Assembly: GCF_006345805.1 (NCBI RefSeq)
Contig: NC_042999.1
Location: 18,042,001-18,106,000, forward strand
From: Octopus sinensis
Taxonomy: Eukaryota
Length of the DNA: 64,000 bases
Direction: 5' to 3'
A model generated the notes under the pieces. It made no database searches. It had not been told where the DNA came from and saw only the letters and a list, made by a program, of their open reading frames with translations. A program made the position numbers and the translations under genes. Shown here one piece after another: positions 25,157 to 39,935 of this stretch (within the stretch, counting starts at the first letter, position 1; each line of letters opens with the position of its first letter).

Positions 25157-28056
25157 GTATTGAACAACACCCATATGGACGCCGAGGTGAAAATAAAAGA
25201 TTTCAGCATTGTTCGTGCGGATCGCACAGACCGAAATAAGGGAGGGACAGACATCTTTATCCATGACTCCTTTTCACTTGATGCCAAGGACATATTTTCC
25301 AATGGCTACTGTGAATCGGTATCACTATTCAGCAAGGCCAAGGACATAATCATTGTTGGTCTTTACAGGGCTCCCCAGGCACCTCTAAAGTGCTTTGAAG
25401 AGTGCCTTAGCAAAGTCAAGTCCTTCCTTCGGAAGTACCACTCCGGATACATACTAGTGATGGGTGATTTTAACCTCCCTCATGTGAACTGGCCCACAAA
25501 TACTCTGACGTTAGGCAAGTGCTCTACATCAGATAGAGCAGCAGCATAACTGCTCTTTAATCTGATGGATGAATACTTCCTGACTCAGCTAGTGCTCGAA
25601 CCAACGAGGCAGGATATAACAACCTTGGATCTGGTATTTACCAATCACTCTAGCTTCGTTCACAGTATTTCAGTTGCAAAAACTCTCCTCTCAGACCAAT
25701 TTTAATTCCCGACATATAAAAACCAAACCAGCCAATCCCACTCCATGGCACCAATTTGAAAACATAAACTTCCACAAAGCGGACTGGGGAGCAATTAGAA
25801 AAGATCTGTTTTCCATCGACTGGTCTTTTACCCTCAATTCCACCCATATTGAGACCGCGTGGCAGCACTTTGAACACATTGTCACCTATACATGCTCTAA
25901 ACACGCTCCCACGAAATCTACTAAGACAAACAGAAACCGGCTCCCTAAAAAGAAAAAAACACTCATCAGGCGCATCAAAAGACTCAACAAAAAAATCAAC
26001 TAATTAAAATATTCCAACACACAACATCCATATTCAACAACAAAGAAAAGGCTAGAGCTGGAAACACTTCATCTGCAGACCGACATGAAAACCTCCATTG
26101 AAAATCAAAGAGCTGTGGAGGAACAGTGGGTAATCAAAAACATCAAACAGAACCCAAAACTGTTCAATTCTTATGCAAATAAGCATAGAACCAGTGTCCC
26201 ACCCATTGGGCCAATGATTGATGATAACGGCATTCCCCAACACGATGCTAAAGAAATGGCAGAAATACTGCAGAAACAATAATTCTCTGTCTTTAGTGTT
26301 CCCAATGACATTGACGTAAGAGAAGCGAACGAAGATGACTCTCAACATAAAATCTCAGACATAACCTTCACTGCCACTGACATCGTAGCAGCAATAAACG
26401 AGGTCACATACTACTCTGCTGTAGGCCCTGATAGATTCCCCGCTAGTCTCCTGAAGGGAATTAGACACCAACTTGCAGTCCCTCTGACCAACCTCTGGAG
26501 AAATTCGTTAGATGCAGGTTATATACCGAAACAGTTTCTATCCCAGTCAGTCATCCCGGTTGACAGGGAAACAGGGAAACAGATCACTCGCAGTCAACTA
26601 TCGCCCAATCTCACTCACCTGCCACATCATTAAAGTGTTTGAAAGAGTGTTAAGATCAAGGATAGCTGACTTCCTGGAGACCCACAAACTCCTAAATGCA
26701 AATCAGCATGGCTTTCGCTGTGGCAGGGACTGTCTAACGCAGATCTTACCCAACATTGAAGATGTACTCAAAGCCTTGGGAACAGGTTCGAACTCTGACG
26801 TCATATATCTTGACTTCAGTAAAGCGTTCGACAGGGTAGACCATAATATCCTACTCTCAAAATTGGCAAATGTTGGAATCCGTGGAAAAGTTATACACTG
26901 GATTAAGTATTTCCTGGCGAATAGAACACAACATGTTGTAGTTGATGGAGTCCACTCAAGCCCAGCAAAAGTCACCAGCGGTGTTCCCCAGGGGACTGTC
27001 TTGGGTCTGCTACTCTTCATAATTTACATAAACGACCTTTCCAGTGTCGTACATTACTGCAAAGTGAAAATATTTGCTGATGACACTAAGCTCCAGCAAA
27101 TCGTCAATGAAGAAGCAGAACGAACTCAACTCCAGTCTGATCTATATGCTGTGAGTCGATGGGCAGACAGAAACAAAATGCAACTGAACGAGGGAAATTT
27201 TGAGCTGATGCATTTTGGAAGAAAAATCTCACTAAAACAGCCATACTCTCTTCCTTCAGGAGAACCGCTCACAGCCTCTAGCAATATCAGAGACCTGGGT
27301 GTAATTGATAATGACGATTTCATTTGGAGTGCACACATCAACAAGAAGGTCGATATAGCTCGTAGGATGAGTTCCTGGATCTTAAGAACTTTCCGGTCCT
27401 GAGAGCAAGGTGTCATCATACCACTTTTCTCCTCCTTTGTACGATGACACCTTGAATATTGCTGTCCACTGTGGTCTCCCCATACAAGACAAAACATCTC
27501 CAGGTTTAAGTCGCCCCAGAGGGCACTCACTAAACTAATTGAAGGCATGGCTGCTCTCGATTATTGGGATCGCCTTAAGGCCTTGAAACTTTACTCTCTC
27601 CAGCGTCGCCGTGAGCAGTACATCATTTGTACGATGTGGAGAATATACCGCCAACTTTGCCCAAACGACCTTAACATTAGCTTCAAGGTTCATCCAAGAC
27701 TGGGACCACAGGCCATACGTCCCCTGCCCAATTCAAGATCACAGCATACATGTACACTGCAATATAATTTCTTTTTATCAACAGGCCCTGCCCTATTTAA
27801 CATTGTCCCGAGGGAGATCAAAGAGGAAAAGGATCCCATCAACTTTAAACGGAGTCTGGATAGAATCCTTCAAAGAATACCAGATAAGCCACCCATAATT
27901 GGATACAACTCACCCAACAAGAACTCACTACTTAAATGGACCATAAACCAAACTTGACTTAAACAGGATTCGAATAATCCTATCAGGTGGTGCTATTAAG
28001 TTAGACATGGCCTGGACCAATCTTTGGTCGAAACATATCTAAGTTTATCTAAGTTT
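25157..28056 (+). mobile_element. 5'-truncated, decayed CR1-clade LINE
   Basis: APE endonuclease and RT motifs, short 3' UTR with stem-loop, (TATCTAAGTT)2 tail at 28036-28055, TA-rich flanks on both sides. Confidence 0.93.
25160..27957 (+). pseudogene. LINE ORF2 (APE endonuclease plus reverse transcriptase) disrupted by stops and frameshifts
   Basis: Motifs RADR..GG, GLYRAP, MGDFN, LDLVFT (endonuclease); NYRPISLT, QHGFR, IYLDFSKAFDRV, SGVPQGTVLG, IFADDTK, RDLGV (RT); RLKALKLYSLQRRR (C-terminus), spread over several ORF pieces. Confidence 0.93.
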
Positions 28057-28173
28057 ATATATATATATATATACATCATAACAAGAATAAACGTGTATAT
28101 GCGTGTGTCTATGTTGCATGTGTTTATGTGTGTGTGTGTGCATTTGTGCGAGTTAAATTAAAAATACATTTCT

Positions 28174-28335
28174 ATAGGAGTGGGTGTGTGGTAAGTAGCT
28201 TGCTAACGAACCACATGGTTCCGGGTTCAGTCCCACTGCGTAGCAACTTGGGCAAGTGTCTTCTACTATAATCTCGGGCCGACCAATGCCTTATGAGTGG
28301 ATTTGGTAGACGGAAACTGAAAGAATCCAGTCGTA

Positions 28336-28390
<55 letters not shown>

Positions 28391-28613
28391 ATGTATGTGT
28401 ATGTGTGGGTGTATGTTTGTGTCTGTGTTTGTCCCCCACAACATCGCTACTGGTGTTTACGTTCCCGTCCCGTAGCGGTTCGGCAAAAGAGAACGATAGA
28501 ATAAGTACTAGGCGTACAACGAATAAGTCCTAGGGTTGATTTGGTAGACTAAAGGCGGTGATCAAGTATGGCCACAGTTAAATGACTCAAACAAGTAAAA
28601 GAGTAAAAGAGTA
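28174..28613 (+). mobile_element. SINE family B
   Basis: Colinear with 20555-20957; duplicated GTAAAAGA tail. Confidence 0.9.
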
Positions 28614-30599
28614 TGAAAATATTAAATCAAAGAAAAACTCGGCAGCCTGTTCACTGTACCTAGATTGGTAAAATGGTAAGAAATTGTCGAAGAAAAGAAA
28701 CTTATTTCATGCTACAGCACTTCATATTGATAGAGTAACGCAATTATATTATTAAGTTGGCAGAATGCCTTTTTAACACCAATGAATATTTCTCAAGTTG
28801 CGCTTCGTTGCCCTTAGTCAAAACTCATATGCATGTAACGATGTCTTAATTTCAATTTGTTTATCATGTACGACTTATTTGTTCTAGTGACGCTTATTGT
28901 GTTAAACTGACAAACATACTCATTCAAGAAAAGATGTATTTATAGCATAACTGTTTATGAAGCGAGAGAAAAAAAATTTCAAAATAGTGTTGTCTAAGTA
29001 TGAATCAATATCTTGTTATACACTATTCGCGTTCATTCGCAAAGTATCACTATCTATAACTTTGCGATCTTTTTATCTTTCGTCCTCACCAATGGGTGAA
29101 TGATATTCTTGAGGTCAGCACTTTCTTTACAACAACCAATTCCATACCTTTATACAAATCCAATTTTCGGTCAACTGAATCATGCTTAATCTGACGATAA
29201 AATACCATTCTACACAGTAGTTTGAGTTGTAACAGTTTATGACTCGAATACTACGGTATTATGATTATCAAAAAGTGGAAGTGTAACGCATGGAAACAAG
29301 TTATGTGAGGAATGATTTATTGATTTCTGTTATTTGATCTATCTTATACATAAATAAAGAAGTATCATTGTGTATATGTCGCTAAAATCAGTGCCGTGGG
29401 AAAATTTAGAAGATAAAAAGTAGTCAAATCTAAAGAGAGTTACTTCTGTTTGATACTTTAATTTAGTAACGATTTCCGAAAAGAAACAAGCATAAATCGC
29501 TGCGAGTGTACAAAAACTGAAATTTATAAACGGAACATTATAGAATAAATGTACAGTTTGAGGCTTAAATTCATATTTAAGCCATTTTATCTCTAGTATT
29601 ATTTTAAAAATGTTGTATAATGTATGTCACGTGTACTACCGTAATAAGAATAATAGTGTACAAAATCCCAGTCGACATTTCAATATTGTAAATGTAGGAA
29701 AATTAGGTGTTCACTGAGGTATCAATTTGCAGGTATGAGGAACAAACACACACACACATACATACGAATCGTACCACACGCGTGTGTGTGTATACATGCG
29801 TCTGTGTAACATTTTATGTATGTGTGTGTATACGCACAGACGGGTGCATGTTTAATTTAAATAGTAGGATCGTATCTAAATCATGTTGCTTTATGTTGCT
29901 TTCTTTCGGCAGTTAAGGAATTCACACAGCTTAAAGGTGTAAAGAAAAACACATTGGGGTGATCGTGTTTAATGTGAGCATTATCTCTGAGTTTTCTTAA
30001 TTTCAAAACATTTTTTGGATTTCCCTGTTTACAATAATGAAGACTGCGAATTTATCACTGAAGCAAGTGTTCAAAATCTGAAAAACACCTGAGTCTATTT
30101 TTTCTCTTTTTCAATTGTTTGTTGCTCTTTCCACTAGATGCAATATACATCACGATTCTCTCAAAGAAACGTACAAAATTTTCAATTTAAAAAACAAATA
30201 TCGTCCATTTCTTTTGAAGATTTCCTACCGCCACAATATCTTAAATTCAACATCTCATTTACAAGCGCTTGAATGCTCGTTTAATGAGGGGAAGATATCG
30301 GGGAATGAGGCCTCATTATACATTTACTCGCCATACTAAGATAATAAGCAAGTTGGCTCATTTTTTACTCTTCAGCAATAAATCTCATTCGGGTTACATT
30401 ATACCCTGAATGGTACGTTTATGTAACTGAATTTTGTTAATTTATCAAATTTAGTTTTAATAATGATAAGATATTTTGCACAATTTCCATGCTTTCATTC
30501 TTTATAATTCTGAATTTCGATTCGGTAATGGGGGATATATGAAAGTGTTACCACTAAGATGTGTTAATTACTTGGAAAATACGAATGCAGGTTTGTTAA

Positions 30600-30937
30600 T
30601 ATCATGGATGGAAGAACTCCGTCGGTTACGACGACGAGGGTTCCGGTTGATCCGAATCAACGGAACAGCCTGCTCGTGAAATTAACGTGTAAGTGGCTGA
30701 GCACTCTACAGACACGTGTACCCTTAACGTAGTTCTCGGGGATATTCAGCGTGACACAGAGAGTGACAAGGCCGGCCCTTTGAAATACAGGTACAACAGA
30801 AACAGGAAGTAAGAGTGAGAGAAAGTTGTGGTGAAAGAGTACAGCAGGGATGACCACCATCCCCTGCGGGAGCCTCGTGGAGCTTTGGGTGTTTTCGCTC
30901 AATAAACACCCACAACGCCCGGTCTGGGAATCGAAAT
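30600..30937 (-). mobile_element. SINE group C with alternative 3' tail, head truncated
   Basis: 30798-30935 matches the 60921-61847 units (GAAACAGGAAG..CGCTCAATAAACAC..CGCCCGGTCTGGGAATCGAAA); 30600-30797 is a different tail. Confidence 0.8.
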
Positions 30938-31409
30938 GTTAATATCATAACTGATCGTAGAAAACATTGGAAACTTAAAATTGGAAACTTAACAATATTA
31001 GAGCTGAAACCTGAATTGGAAAGCAAAATGCTGTGTTTAGGTTAATTCAAATGTAAAAGAAAACGATGTCTTTAGATTCTAACTCCTATGAATTCTATAT
31101 CAAACATATGTATATACGTATATTTAGTCCTTTTACAATAAAGTATAGTTCGTGATGAGACGCGGGGCGAGATAAAGCATTAACTTATCTTTGTAACTTA
31201 TCTTTCAGGATTTAAAATTACACAGCTACGTTTGTTTGATGTGCTCCCACTACAGCTAAGATGTTATTTACGCATACAAAATATAAGATCATGTCAGGGT
31301 GGGACAGTGAATAGGGTGCATTTAAATGAAATGGTAAAAATTAAATTGGCAATAGTATCATGTAAGCTCTAAATCTCCACAAAAACACGTGGCATTATTA
31401 GGATCTAAG

Positions 31410-31820
31410 TACATGAACCTTAGAAAATCCAGGAGTCTTCAGTGTTCCAACCAAACATCTTGTCTTCTAATTCTGCATCAGCTTCCTTTATCTAAAGTAC
31501 AGAACGTGTAATTTATTCTCCGCAGAATCAGCATAAACCACTGCATATTATCGTAATTAGTCACTGAAAATGTAAATGCACCCTAACTAGAACCTACAAA
31601 CATGACCCTTAGGAAATTCAACAACCTTCAGTGTTGAGATTCTACAATTATTGTCATCAGTTAAGCTTGAGAATCAGCCTCCAAAGGGAAGAATATTTGC
31701 TTTCTCTTTTTGCGCTGTCTCAGCATAAACCATTGAATATTACTCTTTCACACACGAATTTGCTATGGGGAATAAAATTGGTTATTCACACATATGGACT
31801 TTACCAGAGTGTTCCACATC
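31410..31820. repeat. Old diverged tandem repeat, period ~190 bp
   Basis: ACATGA.CCTTAG.AAAT.CA...CTTCAGTGTT at ~31411 and ~31600; CAGCATAAACCA.TG.ATATTA at ~31529 and ~31721. Confidence 0.6.
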
Positions 31821-34800
31821 AGAAGCTGAGTCTCCATTTTAAACTTCTCTTAACTATATTTTATATGAACCACACCCACGTTATATTATTTTAATTCACA
31901 TATTCACATTCTGATTTCAAATGCAATATTTCGCATTTTTCTAATAGGTGGACACTACTTTTGTACTCTACCATTCCATGTTAACATAGAACATTGTATT
32001 TCATGCTCCCACAGTTCCCTTCTTGTATTAAATGTCTGATTGTGTATGAGCCTATCTGTGTCTGCATATATATTCGACGTGATCTAATATACATTGGAGG
32101 ATTTAAGAAAATTATTTACATTTATTACGTGTGAAACATTGCCTTTTCCATTCATCCTACAGGAGTCTTCAACGGGATTAAGCAGACACTTGAAGCGAAG
32201 CCTTTTGTGTTACCCAGCCAAACCTTTATTATTTCATTCATAGAGTACTCAATGCGTATTTTCTCTGTGCATATATTTATTTATAATCAGTATGAAACGG
32301 TCGGTGTAGGAAATGGCAAATATTTCATGTATCTGTGGTTCTATTCATGATACAGATGACAATCAATCTAGTTGATCCATTTCTTCATCTCACGGTTATT
32401 TTCCCTCCATTTCGACCAAACGCAATTATCATGAAGAGGAGTGTCCCTTGTTTATCTGAGTAAATGCTTATAGCGAACGTTAAGATCTTTTGCACTATTA
32501 AACTTGTTCCCATGTAAGCACTCTCCAGCGTGTAATATCCCTCCATTTTGTTCTGTCGCACACACTGATAATTCATTCATTTTCTGGATATAAACATGCC
32601 CTGTATTATGGCATTAATATATGTGTGATTGTGCATAGGAGAGTTTGGGACTTTAGTAGCATGTATCTATCTATATATTGAAGAGCCTGCATCAGTGAAT
32701 TTCTATTCAAATCAATGCAATACAATTTATATTCATTGCAAGCAAATAAAATGAGACGTAGATTCGGGACCAGTTAAAGTAAATGCATAAATGAAAACGC
32801 GATAACCGTTACATTACAAATACACATCGTAAATTATAACTGACACACACAGAATACAATCACAAATACAAAATCAACAGGAGAAATTAGAGAATGTCAT
32901 ACATGATCAGCGTGCACTGTTGTCGCAAACGGTAGTATACAGGAATGTAACCATTGTAATTCCAAGAGATTACATAGTCTTCATCAGGCTTAACTTCGTA
33001 TAAAATTTTATTCCATTGACTTCTATTTAGTGAAATTATTAGTGATTAGTTATCCCGAATCATCGAATTTGAAGGTGAGACTGGAGTAGATTACATTTAA
33101 CGCATTGTTTGAATCTAATAAACTGGATTTCAATGCTCACCGTTTTTGCTCTGACTGCGAAGATTAAGAGCAGGTAACTACGTGGATAAGACGAGTTGCT
33201 AGCACTCCGGAGAAAATGCGGTTATAGCTCTTTATTTTTATGTGGAAAATTACGTTCTGGTCTATGATCTTTGTCATCTTTCCGGTGTCGTTAGGAAATA
33301 ATAGCCGCTAAATGTTGGAATCGATATAAACACCAATTCCCAAATTTAGTTTTATTTACTGGTTTATATGTTAGAAATTATTATTTCAGCTTATGATCCT
33401 GCCCTCGAACATTTTATTCCGCACCAGCTAAGCAATAATTAGGATGTATTTTCTCTAAGTGTGAAGCTAATTTACCTACACTGATGTCACTACCAAGAAT
33501 AAACGTTCGCATTTCTTCACAATAGGTTTTTATTTTGTTTCCTTGAGACAGAAACAAAATGGATTGCTTACAATGCCTCTAAATAATTTCCTTTAAATTT
33601 CTTTCTTTCGTTTCGTGTTTCTTTACCATGCGATATTGAATAATGTTTTGAAACGCTTCTAACTATTGTACATAACGTTTTGCATACATAAAAAGCTACT
33701 TCTATATTTACATTACAAAATAAAACGTAGAGGTAAGGCGAAGAGAAACGGTGATAAAACGTATAAAATATGAAACGCAACAGAGAAAATTAAAGAAATA
33801 TAAAATACAGATAATATAGTGTATCATAACACATAAATGTTCATGATTTAGAAAACTATATTGCCAAAACTTCGAACGTATATTTTATCCTCAAATGCAT
33901 AACATCGATTATAATATTTATTTCCAGTTACCGCACGCTATAAATTTTAATGTGAACTGTTTGGAGTTTCAAATCACAATATTTTTGAAATAAAGAATTG
34001 GTTCTCCGAAGACGTGTTGATGATTATTTCATTATAAGCCATGAAATAGAAATGCAATCGCATAATACGCAGTTATATATTGATAAGATTATATTGAATC
34101 CAATATCTATAACTGAAATTGAAATCTGTGTATATATTCAACTTAAGATCCTTCCTTGTATTAAAATACGAGATCTTTTACCAAAATGTTTTCATAAATA
34201 ACTTATGATATGCTGAAACAAATTTTACAAAATGGAAAATGGAAGAAAATTAGAGCATGCATAGGTAGAAAAAAATGAAAGAAAAAACGGGAATGATAAC
34301 ATATGTACGTGTGCATTTATTTTCAAAGAAATACAAAATATACTGTCCAAGTTAATGTAATTTTTTACACGAAACAATAAATGATGAAATTTTAGGAAAA
34401 AATCTATCTATCAATCTATCAACAATCTATCAACGGGTGCAATTTCGTGTTACGTACTGTACATATAATATTTAAACAGTATGGCAATTCATCGTAAATT
34501 TGATCTGGTTTGGCTGAAAACGTATGCAGGGAAAACGAACCGTCTCCTGCATCAACACCAATCTATTTTTCATGTCTAAAATCTGGCATTTACTCTCATG
34601 TGAGTTTAAACATGAACAACACAGGATGATTCCGGGTTCAGCTCTTTCTCTTGGAAAGGAACAACAATACCAGCTGTTGTCACGTAATAAATGACCGCCG
34701 GCTTCAATGATAAATGTTTGAATTATCTAGAGAATAGGTAGTAGAGTAAATTGATACAATAAAATTGTGCTTACATGTAAATCTAAATGCATCACAAATT

Positions 34801-37800
34801 CCATTGCCTCCCACATAATTCAGGTCTGTATAAAAACTCGTTTAAAACATGAGTAATCCAGAACAACTTCCAATTCTTCACCTTGTTGGTGGCTATCTCA
34901 TCAAAATTTAGTGATCACAAGTCACTCAGTAATTCTCCCTGAGTCTACCCTCTCATAAGTTCACGGAAACTAATATATTCTACTCTTGCACTGTTATATT
35001 TTGCATCGCAAAATGATGTAACATACATCGTTATTTACGTTTGGTAACATTAATTCATTCGGCAGATTTCATCACTCCTATCTACCGTGCGCCTCAAACA
35101 CTTTCGATATGTAATTGCTACTAATCCATCCAAATTAGAGCTTAGAACACTTTCCTAGTGACTCTGTACAGTCCTCCCATTTTATTTAAAAGAAAGCGAT
35201 CTATTTTTCCATTTCTGGAATCGAAAATGATTTGATGCCCACCTTCACTAGAATACCTGCAATTTTTTCCTTGCCATTTAATGAAATATAAAACATGAAA
35301 TTATAATTGTTATAATACCTGTTCTATTTTTTGTTTGTTTTGCCTTTTCTCTCGTTATTATGTTAATTGTTCATATAAACAGGTTTACTGTTCTTTATGC
35401 GATAGGTGTATCTATTCTTGCAGCTGGTGGAGTTGCTGATGTGTTAGTCGAGATACACGTAATGTCAGCCTGAGCCCTGATGGTACTGGTGTATTTGAGA
35501 CATTGAATAGCTGAGAGCGGATTTCCCTTATCTCATCATTCCTATTCCTCGACAATTCGACATATAGTCCAATCAATAGCAGAGCTAATAACAGCTCGCA
35601 AATAAATCTCCTTTCAATATAATAGCAAATCTCACTTTATGCAATTATCTTACTTTTAACAAGCAAAACATAACCTACACTATTCCGACGCATTAGGTAT
35701 CAACTAAATACAAAATAAGTTGTACGATATAAATGGTATTACCATCGCAACAGTGCACAATAAAAACATTAAATAATAGAAACTGGATAATATAAGAATA
35801 TGTGAAATACACCCAACTCCATCCAACATAAATGCCGAGCATAAGATAACGAACCGCAACTAGTACATCGTGAACAACACGTTCAGCCAATACAATAAGC
35901 TATAAAATTCATTATATATTAAACCCAACTCAATTATAAAGCATTAAGAAAAATTAAGAAGCTATGAAACAACGCCCCACCAAAGCTAAACATATCAAAT
36001 ATGACAACAATAGCGGTGAGGAACAAATTGGTTTCTAGTTTCTATAATGATCATGACAACGACAGCAGAGATTAAGATGAATATTTGCCCCAATTTCAAT
36101 TCTAAAATATCTGGAAAATTGTGAGCTTATTTACAAATTTCTGGGGAGCCACCTAAAACAATAATCACTCTGACCTCCAATGCAAGTGTCCTTTCCCTGT
36201 AGTTCTCTAATTTACATGAGTATGCCCGGTAAAACGTTCACTGAGACCAGGCCCTCTGCTTTCATCTAGCTTCCAATTAATTTGTTTGGCAGCTGCACAT
36301 CCGTCTACATTCACAGCTTCCTTTTGAAATGAAATTTTAAAATTTCAACACGAACTTGGCTAACGAAGAAAGCGTTTGTCCACCAGACATTTTACTGATG
36401 TCCACCACAAAGATGTTTCGTCAAAATCAGCAGACAATTATGACAAGTACACTTTGCTAGAGAAACCTCAATAGCAAGCTATATTAAGATTAATCTTACC
36501 ATTGCTACACAACACGATATCAGAATAATGTTAGCTAATGGTTAACAACATTATCATACAAGCCTGCAAAATCGAGGTATTATCACGGCTTGGAGATCGT
36601 TTAATGACATACTAAGCATTTACTAAGTGAAAACACTTCACTTAATTAAATCGTCTCCAATATCAGGCGCACACTGTGACGTCTGTATCTAATATCAAGA
36701 TATACGTACTGCAAATTAATCACGCTGGGAGTAGGTAAATAGAAGCTCGAAAGTTGGAACCTGATTGGTATTGTAAAAAACAAATATTAAATACGATAAA
36801 ATTACCTGTATACATTCAATCAATAAAGGAAACATTAGTGTTAATTTTGATGAAAAAATAAGATTAAACGACACGTTTCTTTTTATTTTAAATGAGTACA
36901 GAACGGAAATGTAAGCCACAGGAAGAGTAGAGGGGAAAATATATTGGAAAGAATTACACTGCACCGGAATGAAAGCCAAAACTGCCTGAAGGATTTGGGG
37001 TCTAAAATGAGAATCAAAACAGTTTATTTTGGCTGCTTGCTAACACCGAATATATATGACGTAATACGAAAATCGGATAATGTAAACAAAATAATGTTTT
37101 ACATGTAGACAAACATCACAGAACAAAATGTTAATTCAAATCAAATTTTTGCTTACACACTGCTTGTGTATACCTAAAGATTATCGACTCAAAGCGATTT
37201 ATATTCTCCGAATTCTGGCATTGTGTTTGGGAAAAGAAGGGAAAAGGGCTATAGACACTGTAAATCCGTTCCATTACTTTCTTCCTCGCACGTTAATTTC
37301 TTGTTAATATGTGTTTGTAATCTTATCTAGTGTCTGCAAACATATCAAATCATATACAATGAATCATATTGTATACAAATACATATGTATCGAATGAACG
37401 CTATAAGGTTATCATTGTATAATGCTGATTGCGATTTACATAATTAATTGTTGCTTAACTTCCAAAACCAGGAAAAACCACAAATATTATTTACTGAAAA
37501 ATACAGGCTATTAACAGTTCAAAAGTATTATAGAGATGAAGAGAAACATCTAGGAATAACATTCAACATTAGCCGACCATTATATTTTCATTCCTACATT
37601 ATAATACCATTGTACGAAGGAAAACTAGACGGGGTCTTCTTTAGTGATCCCTTATAATACCGAAATCTTTAAAAGCCAACAACCAAATTGTAACTGATAT
37701 TTATTATAAACCGACGAATTCGAAATATCTGTATAGCTCATGCCACCCGAAACACATCAAAAGATATATACCCTTTAATTTATCAAAAAGGATTTATACA

Positions 37801-38115
37801 ATAGTGTCTCATGAAAATACCTGCGACCCTCGTTTTCAATACTTTAGATAAACAATGAGAGACAATATCCACCCTCACTTATAGACGATGGAATTAAGCG
37901 TGCCACGAAATTAGATACTGAAATGATAAAACGTTACACTACATCTCATTTCAAATCACCACTGTTTTTATCAACTCACAAAATTAAAAGAAAAACTTAA
38001 AGAAAAGTTTTTTTTAAAGAATATTTGCACAGTGTTCAAATACAAGTGGTATTTTCCTTGTTTCTGCCTATCTCTGTTTCTCTTGTTTACTCTCGCGGGT
38101 TCGTGGTCCGAAGTT

Positions 38116-38149
<34 letters not shown>

Positions 38150-38166
38150 ATATATTATATATATAT

Positions 38167-38231
<65 letters not shown>

Positions 38232-38436
38232 TAAACAGAAAGGAAGCGAGCACTGAAAGTTTTTAGATGATGAATATTTAAGTATAAATTTCCCTGCTTC
38301 ATGTTCTGAAATGTGAGATTCTTTTCTACCATGAAGATGGAGGCTGGAAGTATTCAAAGTTTATTTGATTTTCCATTATTGGTTGCATATCTTGGGGAGC
38401 TGCATCTACCAACACTGTGATACTTCTCTGAGCCAC

Positions 38437-38720
38437 AAGAAACAGCTGTTCGACATATAAGTCCTTGTATATTCCCCTTTCATTTTCTCTGTAGTTTGCA
38501 CACAATGTAATTTTGAACAATTAATATATAAATATCTATATATTTAAGCTTATATTTTCATCGTCTACAAATCTTAAGAAACAGCTGTTGGACATATAAA
38601 ATCTTGTAATCACCCCTTTCGTTTTCTCTGTCGTTTTTGCTCACTGTAATTTTGATCTATTAATACATAAATGTCGATATATTTATGCTTAAATTTTCAT
38701 TATCTGCAAATATCTTCAGC
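38437..38720. repeat. Diverged tandem duplication, period ~139 bp
   Basis: AAGAAACAGCTGTT.GACATATAA...CCCCTTTC.TTTTCTCTGT...TGTAATTTTGA occurs twice. Confidence 0.8.
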
Positions 38721-38764
38721 CTTTACTTTCTTACTGTTTATACGTACACATATTATGTTATATT

Positions 38765-38985
38765 CATACTTCTTTCAGTCATTTGACTGCGGCTATGCTG
38801 GAGCAACGCATTTAGTCGAAACCAGCTGTATGCCCCCGAAAATACTTATCATTTGTAAGCCTAGTATTTATTATATCCATCTCTTTTGCCGAACCGCTAA
38901 GTGACGGGGCTGTAACTACGCCAATACTAGCTGTCGAGCGATGGTGGTGGTGGGGGGACAAACACAAATGCATAGATACGTACAT
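38765..38985 (-). mobile_element. SINE family B, 3' half
   Basis: TTTCAGTCATTTGACTGCGGCTATGCTGGAGCA..CTCTTTTGCCGAACCGCTAAGT, ending at the internal microsatellite. Confidence 0.8.
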
Positions 38986-38992
38986 ATATATA

Positions 38993-39036
<44 letters not shown>

Positions 39037-39224
39037 TGTACGTATGCATCGTCGAATAAAGCGTGTGGGATTGTCACTGTTGGTTCCAGTGATATCATGA
39101 TATCTGCGTCATAAATTCTTTAAATTTTTGTTTCGATCACAACATCCCGCAACTATGAAAGTAAGTTGTCAAAATATGTTCTGGAAATATGTTCGACTAC
39201 TGATATATTTATTTTTTAATTGAG

Positions 39225-39432
39225 CACAAGGGTCTAAAGGTAGAGGGGACAAACAATGACAGATAAATGGTTTCAGTCGATTACATCGACCGCAGTGCGT
39301 AACGAGTAATTATTAATCGCCCTCGAAAAGATGAAAGGCAAAGTCGACCTCGGCGGAATTTGAACTCAGAACGTAATACTAGACGATATACCGCTAGGCA
39401 TTTCGCCCGGCGTGTTAACGATTCTGCCAGCT
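39225..39432 (-). mobile_element. SINE family A
   Basis: Family A body and head motifs. Confidence 0.85.
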
Positions 39433-39624
39433 CTAGCTGCACTCATCTGTTTGAAATGTATTACAATTATACGATTTTACGCTGATATTTTCTTACATCT
39501 GCCAATTTTGTATATATTTATGTGTGCATTCAAAGATGGTATACTGACGGTTTCTTTCGTGTTGTTGAAAGTGAAACTCAAAATAGCAACTACAAACGAT
39601 ACTCTAGGTCATATACTGCTCGCT

Positions 39625-39892
39625 ATGACCATCATCGTTATCATCGTCGACATCATCACCACCGTGATCATCATTATCATAAACCTTATTATGGGTAGAA
39701 TTAAGAGCAGCAGCAACATCGTCATCAGCATGGTCATCATCACCGGTACCAGAGTTGTTTCGGTGACAATTATAGTCATCGTCAAAATCATTACCACCAG
39801 TACCACCATCACTACCAAGTCATAAGTACCACCAACATCACCATCATCATCATCACCATCACCATCACCATCACCATCACCATCATCATCAC

Positions 39893-39935
<43 letters not shown>

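Noticed and set aside
28006-28036. CCTG-stem-GAAAC as a possible hammerhead
   Set aside because: No NUGANNA core or stem III; better explained as the LINE 3' recognition stem-loop.
34472-34726. ~84-codon open frame on the minus strand after a weak acceptor
   Set aside because: No recognisable product; cannot be separated from chance without transcript data.
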